Assembly (NCBI GenBank): GCA_014728015.1
Contig: WJMI01000147.1
Span: forward strand, 1 to 45,833
Direction of reading: 5' to 3'
Length of the DNA stretch: 45,833 nt
Source: Chitinivibrionales bacterium
GTDB taxonomy: Bacteria > Fibrobacterota > Chitinivibrionia > Chitinivibrionales > WJMI01
This document shows, in pieces, positions 1-10,181 of the stretch. Positions within the stretch are counted from its first letter, which is position 1. Each line of letters starts with the position of its first letter. Below the pieces are notes generated by a model that was given only the letters and a program-made list of their open reading frames with translations, was not told the origin of the DNA and searched no databases. A program made the translations under genes and the position numbers.

Positions 1-998
1 ATTACTTCGGGTTGCATCCCGACGGCCGCCTGGAGGTAATCGAGGCGCACCTCGACCGTCCGCTCCTGGGATTGCCGCCCGAGATCCGCTGTATGCTCAA
101 ACAGCGCGTCGAGTGCGTTCTTCACTGCGCCGCGGATACCTCCTTCGCGGCGCGCCACAGCGAGCGTGTGGAGCGCGTGAACCTCGGGGGCGCCCGCAAC
201 CTGCTCGATGTCGTGGGGGGCGGAAAGCGGATCCACTATATGAGCACCGCGTATGCCGCAGGAGTACGGAACGGCGTCTGCCGGGAAGCGCTTGAAGACG
301 CCGCGGTGTTCAACAATGCATACGAACGCTCCAAGTATCATGCGGAGCGCGAAATCACCGACGCCTGCGCGCGGCTGTGCATGCCGCTCACGATTTACCG
401 TCCGTCAATTGTCTTCGGCGAGTCCGGCACGGGCAGGAGCTTGCGGTTCAATGCGCTGTACTTCCCGGTCCGGGTGCTGCTGTTTCTCCGGGACACGCTG
501 AAACGCGACCTGGAGGAACGCGGCGGGCGGCGCGCGGCCGAGCTCGGCGTTCGCCCCAACCGAAACGGCGGCATTCTCATGCCCCTGTCATTGGCGGACA
601 ACGGGGGAGCGATCAATCTGGTCCCGGTCGACCACCTTGTCCGTTCGGTGATGGCGATCGCTGATGCGGACGCGAGAGGCATCTTTCACATCGTGAGCCA
701 TGAACGCGTGACAGTGCGGCGTCTGGTCAACTTCTTCCAGCGCTCGTATGGCGTATCCGGCATCCGCACGTTTTCGGGAGAAGGACCGCGCCAGCCCACG
801 GCGCTTGATTCACTGGTGGAAAAACAGGTCGGGCCGTACCTGCCCTACTTCAGCGATCCCCGGGAGTTCGACGATTCCCGCGCGGCCCCCATACTCGAGG
901 CCGCCGGCATCGGATGCCCGGAATTCAGCGAGGCCGTATTTCGAAGATGCATCGACTACGCCCTCGAACAGGATTGGGGCTCGGCGGTGCGGGTCTAG
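1..998 (+). CDS. Extended SDR / fatty acyl-CoA reductase-like (NAD_binding_4, male-sterility type) oxidoreductase, 5'-partial
   Basis: LHCAA, 'NLGGARN', YMSTAY, catalytic YERSK (YxxxK), YRPSIV motifs; N-terminal Rossmann TGxxGxxG missing so the gene starts before the window. Confidence 0.75.
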   Translation, partial: YFGLHPDGRLEVIEAHLDRPLLGLPPEIRCMLKQRVECVLHCAADTSFAARHSERVERVNLGGARNLLDVVGGGKRIHYMSTAYAAGVRNGVCREALEDAAVFNNAYERSKYHAEREITDACARLCMPLTIYRPSIVFGESGTGRSLRFNALYFPVRVLLFLRDTLKRDLEERGGRRAAELGVRPNRNGGILMPLSLADNGGAINLVPVDHLVRSVMAIADADARGIFHIVSHERVTVRRLVNFFQRSYGVSGIRTFSGEGPRQPTALDSLVEKQVGPYLPYFSDPREFDDSRAAPILEAAGIGCPEFSEAVFRRCIDYALEQDWGSAVRV

Positions 999-1049
999 CG
1001 CGGGACCGGTTGCGGAAACAGGCATCCCGGCAGGCCCGAAGCCGCATTC

Positions 1050-2093
1050 CTACCCAATCAGCCCCAGCCGCTGGGCCCGCTCCTGCCATCGTTTTCGCGC
1101 ATAGGCCTGCATATCGATTGCCGCATCCTGCTCGTCCACGATCTCCAGCCCCAGAAGCGTCTCTACCACGTCTTCCATGGTGACCAGCCCGGACACGCCG
1201 CCGTACTCGTCGATAAGAACGGCGATATGTTCCTGTTTTTCGAGAAGGCGTTCGAACAGGCTGCTGAGCGAAAGCACGTCGGGCAGTATGGGTATGTCAC
1301 GTCTGAAGTCCCGCAGTGCAACCGCGGTGTTGTTCCGGGCCAGCGCGCCGAGGAGATCTTCTTTCAGCACATAGCCGGTCACCACATCGTGCGACTCGCC
1401 GTAGAGCGGAATGCGCGAGACCGAAAGGTGCTCCACCCTGTCGCCTATTTCTTCAAGGCGCGTAGTTTCCTCAAAGGCAACTATCACGGTGCGGGGCGTC
1501 ATGATGTCTTGCGCCTGAAGCGAGTTGAAACGGATCAGGTTCTTGAGGATCCTCGATTCCTGCTGTTCGAACAGTCCCTGTTCCACCCCCAGCTCGACCT
1601 GTGCGTTGAATTCCTCGCGCCGGAGTCCTTCGGCGCCGCGGTTCTTTGACAGGAGCCGGGTAAGGACACGGGAAAGTACGACAAAGGGATACATTAAAAC
1701 CACCATCACCTGAAGCGAGCGCGTGGCAAAGCCGGCCATGCCGCGCCAGTAGCTTGCGCCGATGGTCTTGGGAATAATCTCCGAGAATACCAGAATGAGA
1801 AACGTGAGCACCGCGGATATCAACGCCACATGTTGGTCGCCGTAAAGTGCGTGCGCCTGTGCCCCCACCCCGGCAGCCCCGAGCGTATGGGCAATCGTGT
1901 TCAGGCTGAGGATGGCGGCCAGAGGCCGGTCAATGTCGCGCTTCAGCTTTTCGAGCGCTTTGCCGGTCGACGGCTTTTTCTTTTTCAGCAATGCCACGAA
2001 CGGCGGATTGACGCTCAGGAGCACGGCCTCCATGATGGAACAGAAGAACGAGACCGAGAGGGCCAGTCCGAGATAAATAAGAAGAAGTATCAT
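1050..2093 (-). CDS. CNNM/HlyC/CorC family metal transporter (DUF21 + CBS pair)
   Basis: SFFCSIMEAVLLS, FSEIIPKT, DIMTPR, SRIP, DEYGGVSGLVTMEDVVETLLGLEIVDEQD; start placed at ATG 2093 (MILLLIYLG). Confidence 0.9.
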   Translation of the reverse strand: MILLLIYLGLALSVSFFCSIMEAVLLSVNPPFVALLKKKKPSTGKALEKLKRDIDRPLAAILSLNTIAHTLGAAGVGAQAHALYGDQHVALISAVLTFLILVFSEIIPKTIGASYWRGMAGFATRSLQVMVVLMYPFVVLSRVLTRLLSKNRGAEGLRREEFNAQVELGVEQGLFEQQESRILKNLIRFNSLQAQDIMTPRTVIVAFEETTRLEEIGDRVEHLSVSRIPLYGESHDVVTGYVLKEDLLGALARNNTAVALRDFRRDIPILPDVLSLSSLFERLLEKQEHIAVLIDEYGGVSGLVTMEDVVETLLGLEIVDEQDAAIDMQAYARKRWQERAQRLGLIG

Positions 2094-2253
2094 ACGAGGT
2101 CCGGCATCCGCCGGTGATACACCGGCACAAAACAGTATGAGCCGATAGGGCTGCATGCAGCCATCGGCCCATGGTTCGGCAACCCGTGTGCACCCAGAAG
2201 ATACCTTCAGGACAGGACGCCCGGCATTCTCATGTAATGCCCCGGCTGCCGTC

Positions 2254-2628
2254 CTATTCGTCCTCTTTATCTTCTGCAGTATACCACGGGCAGTTTTCGT
2301 GCATTTTCTCCATCTGTTTCTTCACTTTGTCCCAATCGACCGTGATCTCCGCTTCGTTCTTCAGTTTCAGGTTCTTGTCGTACTTGATCAGCCGGTTGCC
2401 CACCACCACGATAACTCCGCCGTCATCGGTCGGCACGACCTTGCGGGGCATCACAAAGCCCATCATCATGCCGCCGCCCATCATGCCGCACCCTTTGTGC
2501 ATGGCCGCGCCCTTGCCCGTGCCAGCCCCCGGCCCGCCCATCATGTGCCTTCCGTGATGCGGTCCTTGAGCAGCCGCCACGATTGCCATTATGCTTACCG
2601 CTGCCAGGACCTTCATTGCCGTGCGCAT
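2254..2628 (-). CDS. Secreted Met/His/Gly-rich small protein (candidate periplasmic metal binder)
   Basis: GGAGGT RBS; Sec-type signal peptide ending AAA; HHGRHMMGG...MHKGCGMMGGGMMMG segment. Confidence 0.7.
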   Translation of the reverse strand: MRTAMKVLAAVSIMAIVAAAQGPHHGRHMMGGPGAGTGKGAAMHKGCGMMGGGMMMGFVMPRKVVPTDDGGVIVVVGNRLIKYDKNLKLKNEAEITVDWDKVKKQMEKMHENCPWYTAEDKEDE

Positions 2629-2702
2629 ATGCACCTCCCTTTGTTTGAGAAAAAGCCTCTATCCCCACTATGGGTCGTGAAACCATGATTGCGCGTTCAC
2701 CA

Positions 2703-3200
2703 TCAGTCCCCGATCAGCCCGGAGATCGTTACCACATTCTCTTTGATATCCACGGTGGACGGGAAACGCTGCAGCGGCTCTTTTGCCGGCCCGCTTTGGG
2801 CTTTGCCCGACAAATCGAAATGCGAATCGTGGCACGGACAGTCGATGTATCCCTCGGCGGGCAGGTCAACTTCGCATCCCATGTGCGTGCACATTGATGA
2901 CAACGCGACCACGCCCTGCTCTGCGGTACGGATGATTATCAGCGGTCTCTTGTGCCCCTGTACGGAAAGCTTGATGGCCCCGCCGGGCTCCAGGATATCG
3001 CGATACGGTTCATCTTTCAAATTCAGCTTTAGCGAGCCGTCCGGGCCGGGCTGGAGCCCCTCCTTTTTCTTACCAAACAGGCCAAAGAACCCAGAAGCGG
3101 GATCCGCTGCCCCGCGCGCCAGCACCGCCATCCATGCGGCAATCGCCGCCTTCACGCTCCGTGTCATGAACCGTCGTCTGCCCGTTGTTGTGCTCACCAT
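2703..3200 (-). CDS. Rieske [2Fe-2S] domain protein with Tat signal
   Basis: GRRRFM twin-arginine motif; CTHMGC and CPCHDS ligand boxes; AAGGAG RBS before ATG 3200. Confidence 0.88.
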   Translation of the reverse strand: MVSTTTGRRRFMTRSVKAAIAAWMAVLARGAADPASGFFGLFGKKKEGLQPGPDGSLKLNLKDEPYRDILEPGGAIKLSVQGHKRPLIIIRTAEQGVVALSSMCTHMGCEVDLPAEGYIDCPCHDSHFDLSGKAQSGPAKEPLQRFPSTVDIKENVVTISGLIGD

Positions 3201-3241
3201 ACGCTCCTTTCTGTCGGAATTTTTTGACCGCGGGGGCGCGA

Positions 3242-4630
3242 TCAAAAGGAGAACAGCTCGTAGTGGATCTTACGGGAAGAAATGCCTTTCTGTTTGAGTC
3301 CTTTCAGCAATCCCTGCATCATGGGCGGCGGCCCGCATATATAGAACGCGGACTTGGCAAACGGCTGCGCGCCGAAGCGGCCGGCATGGTCCGCCGTAAT
3401 GCGGCCCTGCTGGCCCTCCCACCCGGCGGGCGGCTCCTCGAGGAAATGCGTGAGCTTCACCACGGGATGCTCTCCCGAAGACATCCCGCGCAGTTCGTCC
3501 GCGAACGCGATATCTTCGCGTGTCTTGTTGGCATAGAGGAGCGCCGCATTGATATCCATGCCGGTATCCCGCATGTAGCGGAGCATGCTCATTATCGGCG
3601 TAATGCCTATGCCGCCCGCGATGAATGTTACCGTGGTTTCTTCGGGATGCAGAAGTAAGGAGAACCGGCCGAACGCGCCATGCACCGCAATCCGATCCCC
3701 CTGGCGTGTCCTGTCAATGAGCGATGTGAAATCTCCCGACCGCTTTATCGATGATACAAGGACCCCCTCGCTGGCCGGCGAGCCCGCAATCGTAAACGGA
3801 TGCTCTTCGACCGGCTGGTCTCTTCCCTCCACGAACCGCAGGAAATGGAATTGCCCGGGCGCGAAATCGAACCGGTCGTGACCTTCGGGCGGCACCAGCT
3901 CGAGCGTGTATACGCCCCGCGTTTCAGCGGATACTTTGCGGACCCTGTACGCCTGCCGTTTCAGCCGCCACAACCGCAACGCTATCTGGTTGAGGAAAAG
4001 GCCCCCCGCCACGGCACCCAGCGCGAGCCACAGAATGCGCATGCCGGGAACACGCAGGTCGCTGCCAATGAACCAGCTGTGCACCAGACCGGCGGCGAGG
4101 ACCAGGGGCGCGCCCAGCCGATGAAGAAAAAGCCAGCGCTGAAACTCGATATTCATTGCCCTGCGCCAAAGAGCAATAGCTCCGTGTACCAGAAGAACCA
4201 CCAACGCAGCCTTTCCCGCCAGAACGGCCCATGGCCAGTCGAGACCATACAGCAGGGCCCATCGCCCGGAACCCGCCGCCAGCAAGACGGGATGAGAGAG
4301 AATAAGCGCGGCGGAAACCATGCCCGCCGTCCTGTGAAACCGAATGGCGCGATCGAGCCCGAAGTGCATCGACACCCATTTCAGTCGCGCGGTGAGCACG
4401 ACCTGCAGTGCAAGCGCGGCATATCCGGCAAGACCGAGACTTCGACCGATGTTTCCCCATATGTTTCCCGAGAATAGCCACCCGAACCGGCCGGCAATTA
4501 GCAGAGGAAGCACGACGACCGCCGCATACAGCGCACACAGCGCGACACGGAGCAGCGGCACATGCCGTCCCTGCCGGCGGGAGACATATCGATCGAGCCG
4601 TTTCGTGACTGTTCCTTCGTTTTTGTCCAT
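3242..4630 (-). CDS. Ferric-reductase-like transmembrane flavocytochrome (NOX-like: haem TM + FAD + NAD(P)H domains)
   Basis: Two bis-His helices (FHRTAG..SHP; LHRLG..VHS), HPFT, GGIGITP, CGP, C-terminal ELFSF. Confidence 0.85.
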   Translation of the reverse strand: MDKNEGTVTKRLDRYVSRRQGRHVPLLRVALCALYAAVVVLPLLIAGRFGWLFSGNIWGNIGRSLGLAGYAALALQVVLTARLKWVSMHFGLDRAIRFHRTAGMVSAALILSHPVLLAAGSGRWALLYGLDWPWAVLAGKAALVVLLVHGAIALWRRAMNIEFQRWLFLHRLGAPLVLAAGLVHSWFIGSDLRVPGMRILWLALGAVAGGLFLNQIALRLWRLKRQAYRVRKVSAETRGVYTLELVPPEGHDRFDFAPGQFHFLRFVEGRDQPVEEHPFTIAGSPASEGVLVSSIKRSGDFTSLIDRTRQGDRIAVHGAFGRFSLLLHPEETTVTFIAGGIGITPIMSMLRYMRDTGMDINAALLYANKTREDIAFADELRGMSSGEHPVVKLTHFLEEPPAGWEGQQGRITADHAGRFGAQPFAKSAFYICGPPPMMQGLLKGLKQKGISSRKIHYELFSF

Positions 4631-4640
4631 TATATCCCCT

Positions 4641-5030
4641 TCACAGTGCTTCCACCACGCGCGCGAGACGGGACTCTATCTCCACCGCGATATCCTGCAA
4701 CGAATCATTTCCCACCGCCTGCATGGTGACCGTTGGTTTGACCGCGGCCACAATGCTGCCGCCGTTGTTTTCGTATACGATCATGTTGCACGGGAGCATG
4801 AGCCCGAGGTTCTTCTCTTTTTTAAGGGCCTTGTGCGCAAAGGGCGGATTGCAGACACCCAGTATCACATAGCGCGGAAAGTCAACTCCCAGCTTCTCTT
4901 TCAGCTTCTCGTGAAGCTGGATCGTGGTGAGCACGCCGAAGCCTTCCTCTTTCAGCGTGCCGGGCAGCTCCGCAAGCACGTCGTCAACCGGCCGGTCGAG
5001 TTCCTTGAGCACGCCGTATTCAATCATCAT
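4641..5030 (-). CDS. DUF302 domain protein
   Basis: LKEEGFGVLT..KLKEKLGVDF..ILGVCNPPFA..GLMLPCN signature. Confidence 0.88.
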   Translation of the reverse strand: MMIEYGVLKELDRPVDDVLAELPGTLKEEGFGVLTTIQLHEKLKEKLGVDFPRYVILGVCNPPFAHKALKKEKNLGLMLPCNMIVYENNGGSIVAAVKPTVTMQAVGNDSLQDIAVEIESRLARVVEAL

Positions 5031-5553
5031 TTTCCCCTTTCGTTTTGTCCTGAGCCGCCGCCGGCCCGTTGCTGAATGCCCGTACGGGACCGACAATCCT
5101 CGGGCGGCGCATTGTTCTCACCAGGGCCTGTTCGAGCAGCGCGCCCGGAATGAAACCTGCCGTGAATCCGACAATCGCGGCGCCGATGGCCCCCGCGGTT
5201 TCACCTTTCGCGCCCGTAACCGCGTTCCAGAACCAGTAGCCCGCAAACGCGCCCAGCAGGGGAAGCACGAACAGTGCGGCCGCCGCAACAGCCTCGTTCA
5301 CCGAGAAGTGCTCCACATAGACATGCTGTCCGATTTCAAGCGGACGTGTTTCAGTGCCCCTGACAGTCAGCCGCGATGCCTTTTTCGACTGCATGCATTG
5401 CGTCCGGCCGCCGCAGGTCGCGCACGATTCCGGAGTCTCGCATTGCTGATTGGCCACCACCGTGATACGATCATCCGTGATGTCCACAATTACGGCCTCA
5501 TCGACGGATATTGTGCCCAGTGGTTCTGCGTTCACTGATTCACTCCTGGTCAC
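5020..5553 (-). CDS. RseC/MucC-family (SoxR-reducing system-like) membrane protein
   Basis: N-terminal beta region, SCATCGGRTQC Cys cluster, IGQHV, LFVLPLLG and two TM helices; GTG start with GGAGG upstream. Confidence 0.65.
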   Translation of the reverse strand: MTRSESVNAEPLGTISVDEAVIVDITDDRITVVANQQCETPESCATCGGRTQCMQSKKASRLTVRGTETRPLEIGQHVYVEHFSVNEAVAAAALFVLPLLGAFAGYWFWNAVTGAKGETAGAIGAAIVGFTAGFIPGALLEQALVRTMRRPRIVGPVRAFSNGPAAAQDKTKGENDD

Positions 5554-5628
5554 CGCCTCCCCTGCCCCCGCACGAACATCGCGTGAGCAACGGCAAAAGG
5601 CGCTCCCGTTTGACTGCAGGCGGACGGA

Positions 5629-5853
5629 TTAGGGCCGCCGGCGCGGCGCCATGCGGTCCCTTCCGCGCCTGGTCGAAAACCCGAACGGCACGTATGCCGG
5701 GCAAACGCCGGCCAGCGATGTCACCAGCAGGACCGCGGCCAACAGGCCCAGAACCACCACGGCAACGCCGCTGATTGTACCCATGGCGAAAAATACTAGG
5801 ATCGCCAGAGCCGCGAGTAGACGGATCGTGCGATCAATCATGCCCATGTTCAT
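5629..5853 (-). CDS. DUF2892 (YgaP-like) membrane protein
   Basis: NMGMIDRTIR...TSLAGVCPAYVPFGFST signature. Confidence 0.85.
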   Translation of the reverse strand: MNMGMIDRTIRLLAALAILVFFAMGTISGVAVVVLGLLAAVLLVTSLAGVCPAYVPFGFSTRRGRDRMAPRRRP

Positions 5854-5900
5854 TCTTCTTTTCACGCCGGCCTCCTCTCGACCAGATTACTGGCTGAATC

Positions 5901-8228
5901 TTATACGCGTGCCGCGCGAAGTCTCAACGCATTGCCGATAACAGATACGGAACTGAAGCTCATCGCAGCGGCCGCGATAATCGGGCTGAGCAGAATCCCG
6001 AAGAACGGGAACAACACGCCCGCCGCTACCGGCACGCCGATCGAATTATACGCAAACGCAAAGAACAGGTTCTGGCGGATATTCCGCATGGTCAGGCTGC
6101 TGAGCCGCCGGGCGCGCACGATGCCCTGCAGATCGCCTTTCACGAGGGTGACATTCGCGCTCTCCATGGCAACATCGGTCCCCGTTCCCATGGCAATGCC
6201 CACGTGCGCACGGGCGAGCGCGGGCGCATCATTTATGCCGTCTCCGGCCATCGCCACCATGCGGCCGGCATCCTGCAGATCCTTGACCGCTGCGGCCTTG
6301 TGATCGGGTGAAACGCCGGCCTTCACATCGTCGATACCCAGTTTCTCTGCAACGGCATGCGCGGTCTGCTGCGTATCACCGGTAATCATCGCTATCGACA
6401 TGCCCTCATCGTGGAGCGCGCGTATCGCATCAGGGGTGGTCTTCTTAATGGGATCGCTCACCCCGATAATGCCGCGCGCGCCGGTTTCCTCGAATACGAA
6501 CATGACGGTCCGCCCTTCGGATGCCAAGGCATCGGCCCGATCGTTCAAAGCGGAAGAATCCACGCCCGCATCCGCGAGCAGGGCTCGATTTCCTATGCCC
6601 ACATGTTTGCCGTCGCTTACCCCGCGCGCTCCCTTTCCCGATACCGCCTCGAAATTCTCAACGGATCGCGCCGTCACTCCCCGCTCGCGTGCTTCGGCGA
6701 GCACCGCTTCGGCAAGCGGATGCTCGCTTCCCTGTTCGATCCCCGCGGCGACGGCCAGCACGCCCTCTTCGGACTCTCCCGATACCGGGATGATATCGGT
6801 TACCCGCGGCTTTCCTTCGGTCAAAGTCCCGGTCTTGTCGACAACGAGCGTATCTATTTTCAGCAGTACTTCGATTGCCTCCGCGTTGCGGAACAGCACG
6901 CCGAGCGTGGCCGCCTTGCCCGTGGCCACCATAATCGAAATAGGCGTGGCAAGCCCCAGCGCGCACGGGCAGGCGATGATGACCACGGCAACGGCGTTGA
7001 CTATCGCATGCACCATCGCGGGCCGGGGCCCCAGAAGCGCCCATACCGCAAACGTCACTCCAGAAACGCCAATAACCGCCGGCACAAAAACCGATGACAC
7101 CTTGTCGGCGAGCTTCTGGATGGGGGCCCTGCTGCGCTGGGCCTGCGCCACCATATGGATAATCTGCGACAGAAGCGTTTCCGAGCCGACCCGCCGGGCC
7201 CGGATGATCAGCGAGCCGTTGCGATTCACCGTGGCCCCCGCCACCGCATCACCCGGTTTTCTCGTGACCGGCATGGGCTCGCCGGTCACCATCGACTCAT
7301 CTACCGAGCTTTGCCCTTCAAGGACCGTGGCATCCGTAGGTATCTTCTCACCCGGCCGGACCCGAAGCCGGTCACCCTTTTGCACCTCATCCAGCGGCAC
7401 ATCTTCCTCAGTTCCGTCTTTGCCGATTCGGCGGGCCGTCTTGGGCGCCAGCCCCAGAAGCGCGCGCAGGGCATTGCCGGTCTTGCGACGGGCGCGCAGT
7501 TCCAGCACTTGGCCGAGAAGCACCAGCGTGGTGATGCTCGCCGCCGCCTCGAAATACACCGCCACCGATCCCCCTTCACCGCGAAACGATGAAGGAAACA
7601 CGTGCGGGAAAACCGTGGCGATCACGCTGTACACGTAGGAAACGCTTATCCCCAGCCCGATAAGCGAGAACATATTAAGGTTGAATCCCGGAAGCGAACG
7701 CCAGGCGCGAACAAGAAGCGGCCATCCTCCCCACACTACAATGGGCGTTGCCAGTGCCAGCTCTATCCACGAATGCCAGGCATCCGGAATGATTCCGCCC
7801 ACGGGATTACCCGGCAGCATACTTCCCATGGCGATGCCGACAAGCGGGACAAGCATTGCGCAACTCGCCCAGAATCGCCTGCTCATGTTGTCCAGCTCCG
7901 GGTCCCGGGTTTCTTCCTCTGCTGAAGTGCCGCTCCTGGGTTCCAGCGCCATTCCGCACTTCGGGCAACTCCCCGGACCGTCGCGCTCCACCTCGGGATG
8001 CATGGGACAGGTATAGCCGGTCGCTTCGGATTCCCGTCCGGCTGTTTCTCGGGACGGACCTCCGGACCGGTCATTGTTCTCCGCGTATGCGGAAGGATCC
8101 CCCCGGAACTTCGTCAGGCACTTGTCACTGCAAAACCAATACTCCGTCCCGTTGTAGCGTGCTCTTCGGTCCGAACCACCGGCAACGCTCATCCCGCAGA
8201 CAGGATCCCGCTTCACGTTCTCCGCCAT
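5901..8228 (-). CDS. copA: Cu(I)/Ag(I)-exporting P1B-1 ATPase with YHS and HMBD (YTCPMHP) N-terminal domains
   Basis: [50 protein letters not shown] and MSFSS P1B-1 motifs. Confidence 0.93.
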   Translation of the reverse strand: MAENVKRDPVCGMSVAGGSDRRARYNGTEYWFCSDKCLTKFRGDPSAYAENNDRSGGPSRETAGRESEATGYTCPMHPEVERDGPGSCPKCGMALEPRSGTSAEEETRDPELDNMSRRFWASCAMLVPLVGIAMGSMLPGNPVGGIIPDAWHSWIELALATPIVVWGGWPLLVRAWRSLPGFNLNMFSLIGLGISVSYVYSVIATVFPHVFPSSFRGEGGSVAVYFEAAASITTLVLLGQVLELRARRKTGNALRALLGLAPKTARRIGKDGTEEDVPLDEVQKGDRLRVRPGEKIPTDATVLEGQSSVDESMVTGEPMPVTRKPGDAVAGATVNRNGSLIIRARRVGSETLLSQIIHMVAQAQRSRAPIQKLADKVSSVFVPAVIGVSGVTFAVWALLGPRPAMVHAIVNAVAVVIIACPCALGLATPISIMVATGKAATLGVLFRNAEAIEVLLKIDTLVVDKTGTLTEGKPRVTDIIPVSGESEEGVLAVAAGIEQGSEHPLAEAVLAEARERGVTARSVENFEAVSGKGARGVSDGKHVGIGNRALLADAGVDSSALNDRADALASEGRTVMFVFEETGARGIIGVSDPIKKTTPDAIRALHDEGMSIAMITGDTQQTAHAVAEKLGIDDVKAGVSPDHKAAAVKDLQDAGRMVAMAGDGINDAPALARAHVGIAMGTGTDVAMESANVTLVKGDLQGIVRARRLSSLTMRNIRQNLFFAFAYNSIGVPVAAGVLFPFFGILLSPIIAAAAMSFSSVSVIGNALRLRAARV

Positions 8229-8276
8229 CGATTACTCCAATACCTGTATCCTATCCACACATGACGTCTAATGGTG

Positions 8277-8292
8277 CGCAAAGTCCGTGCCG
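8277..8292 (-). promoter_or_regulatory. sigma54 -24/-12 promoter for the copA operon
   Basis: Minus strand reads CGGCAC-GGACT-TTGCG (consensus TGGCAC-N5-TTGCW), 48 bp before ATG 8228. Confidence 0.75.
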
Positions 8293-8363
8293 TCCGGCAA
8301 CCGCATCCGCGAGGCAAAGCAGCTTCTGCATCGAGCCCCCTTTCCCTTGGGCCGCCCGGAACA

Positions 8364-8401
8364 TTCCCATTCCTGAGAACCACGGTTGCCAATTCTGCGA
8401 A
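8364..8401. promoter_or_regulatory. Tandem enhancer-like (UAS) site, copy 1
   Basis: TTCCCA-ttcc-TGAGAA, 6 bp, TTGCCA-attc-TGCGAA; lies between two divergent sigma54 promoters. Confidence 0.65.
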
Positions 8402-8462
8402 AATCAATCACCTGCGGCTGAATTCCGGCCGCGGCCGGGCATGTCCCGGTCCGTTCCGCCGG

Positions 8463-8478
8463 TGGCATTCTTTTTGCA
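8463..8478 (+). promoter_or_regulatory. sigma54 -24/-12 promoter for the ferritin-like operon
   Basis: TGGCAT-TCTTT-TTGCA upstream of ATG 8546. Confidence 0.78.
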
Positions 8479-8545
8479 GAACCGAACACTGCAGGACGAA
8501 GCCCAACAGTATCCATCGTTCTGAGGACGAACCGGAGGACAGGGT

Positions 8546-9037
8546 ATGGGATTTATCGATATGGCCAAGCAGATCGAGCAGGAAGGTATCCAACATTACC
8601 ACAGGCTCGCCGAGGAAACACCGTACAGGGAAATGGCGGGCATATTCGAGTATCTTGCCCGCGAGGAACAACGGCACTATGACATATTCGATGCTTGGCA
8701 GAAGAAGCATAAGGCCCCGGAAATCGAGCGGACCGATATCGCCCAACGGGCCAAGAAGGTATTCGAGCGTCTCACGAAAGACATCGACAGTCTCGGCGTA
8801 GCGGCCATCGATCAGGATGATGCGTATTACAAGGCCCTCACGCTCGAGAAGAACAGCGTATCGGTCTATACCGAGATGCTGGCGAAGACACAAAGCCCGG
8901 AACAGGAGAAGCAGCTTCATTTCATTATCGGGCAGGAAGAGAGCCACATGCGCCTGGTGCAGTCGCTCATGGAATTCCAGCGGCATCCGCACGAGTGGCT
9001 CGAAAACGCCGAATGGCATCATTTCGACGAATACTGA
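8546..9037 (+). CDS. Ferritin-like / rubrerythrin-type di-iron protein (no rubredoxin domain)
   Basis: E..G..Y, EEQRH, LEKNSVSVY, EESH paired ExxH motifs; GGAGG RBS. Confidence 0.85.
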   Translation: MGFIDMAKQIEQEGIQHYHRLAEETPYREMAGIFEYLAREEQRHYDIFDAWQKKHKAPEIERTDIAQRAKKVFERLTKDIDSLGVAAIDQDDAYYKALTLEKNSVSVYTEMLAKTQSPEQEKQLHFIIGQEESHMRLVQSLMEFQRHPHEWLENAEWHHFDEY

Positions 9038-9086
9038 GCCGGCCGCGCCGCACAACAGCCGAACGTCCACCACAAGGAGACATGCC

Positions 9087-9434
9087 ATGGGACTCGAAAG
9101 TAAACGATGCACACCATGTGAGAAGGGTTCGCCCCCGTTGGATGAAGACGGGGAGAATAACCTTCTCAAACAGGTTCCCTGGGAAATCGACAGAAACGGC
9201 ACGCACAAGATTCGCAAGCAGTTCACCCTCGGCGATTTCAAGGAGGCCATGGGATTTGTAAACAGGGTCGCCGAACTGGCCGAACAAGAGAAGCACCATC
9301 CCGATATCCACATATCGTATCGCAACGTCACCATCGAACTGTCCACGCACGCGGTGGGCGGGTTGTCGGAAAATGATTTCATACTTGCATCGAAGCTTGA
9401 CAATATGGTGAAAGAAACAGGTGAACCAGCCTGA
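9087..9434 (+). CDS. phhB: Pterin-4-alpha-carbinolamine dehydratase
   Basis: CTPCE N-terminus, AEQEKHHPDI, THAVGGLSENDFILASKLD; AAGGAG RBS before ATG 9087. Confidence 0.9.
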   Translation: MGLESKRCTPCEKGSPPLDEDGENNLLKQVPWEIDRNGTHKIRKQFTLGDFKEAMGFVNRVAELAEQEKHHPDIHISYRNVTIELSTHAVGGLSENDFILASKLDNMVKETGEPA

Positions 9435-9496
9435 CTATTTCCACGAGCAGTACCATTCGCGAGCGAACACGCATCAAACCATGCAAGGAGGGACGG

Positions 9497-9925
9497 ATGT
9501 CTGAAGACAGGAACGCCCTGATAGGTGATCTGAACAAGGACCTGGAGCTCGAGTATGCCGCGGCCATTCAATACGTGCAGCACCAGGCGGTCATGACCGG
9601 AGGACAATTCGAATCGATCCGCAAGGAGCTTCTTATCCACTCCCAGGAAGAGATGAACCACGCGGTCATGTTGTCGGAGCAGATAGACTTCCTGGGAGGT
9701 ACGCCGACTGTCGAAGTCGAGGACCGGGCTGTGTCAGACAAGACTCTTGAAATGCTCAATCAGGACCTCGAGGGCGAGGAGAATGCAATCGCGCGATACA
9801 AGGCGCGCATAGCTCAGGCGGAGGGCATGCAGGAATACGGGCTGCGACGTGTACTCGAAGACATTCTCATTCAGGAAGAGGAACACAAGCGCGATCTTCT
9901 GACATCGATCAACGAGAGCAAGTAA
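9497..9925 (+). CDS. Bacterioferritin-like ferritin-family protein
   Basis: LELEYAAAIQY, EEMNHA..QIDFLGGTP, DLEGEENAIARY, EEEH ferroxidase ligands. Confidence 0.85.
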   Translation: MSEDRNALIGDLNKDLELEYAAAIQYVQHQAVMTGGQFESIRKELLIHSQEEMNHAVMLSEQIDFLGGTPTVEVEDRAVSDKTLEMLNQDLEGEENAIARYKARIAQAEGMQEYGLRRVLEDILIQEEEHKRDLLTSINESK

Positions 9926-9940
9926 CGAAAGGAACATATC

Positions 9941-10129
9941 ATGAAAGCAACCGTCGACAGGGACGCCTGCACCGGATGCGAGCTGTGCGCACAGACCTGT
10001 CCCGCCGTATTCGAAATGGACGACGACCTGGCGCGCGCCAAGATGGACGAAGTCCCGGCCACGGAAGCCGAAAACTGCCGTCAGGCGGCGGCGGAGTGCC
10101 CCGTGGATGCAATCAGCATTGACGAATAG
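9941..10129 (+). CDS. Single-cluster [4Fe-4S]/[3Fe-4S] ferredoxin
   Basis: CTGCELCAQTCP ... ECPVDAI; AAGGA RBS. Confidence 0.92.
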   Translation: MKATVDRDACTGCELCAQTCPAVFEMDDDLARAKMDEVPATEAENCRQAAAECPVDAISIDE

Positions 10130-10181
10130 ACGCCTGCGGTCAAGACCGGGCCAGGACGTGTGGCCCGGAAGCGGTTCCGGG

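Noticed and set aside
2094-2253. Metal or fluoride riboswitch upstream of the CNNM gene
   Set aside because: Several GC hairpins but no recognisable yybP-ykoY, M-box, NiCo or crcB consensus; an Rfam/Infernal scan would settle it.
8546-9925. Encapsulin cargo system
   Set aside because: No encapsulin shell gene and no clear cargo-loading peptide on either ferritin-like protein.
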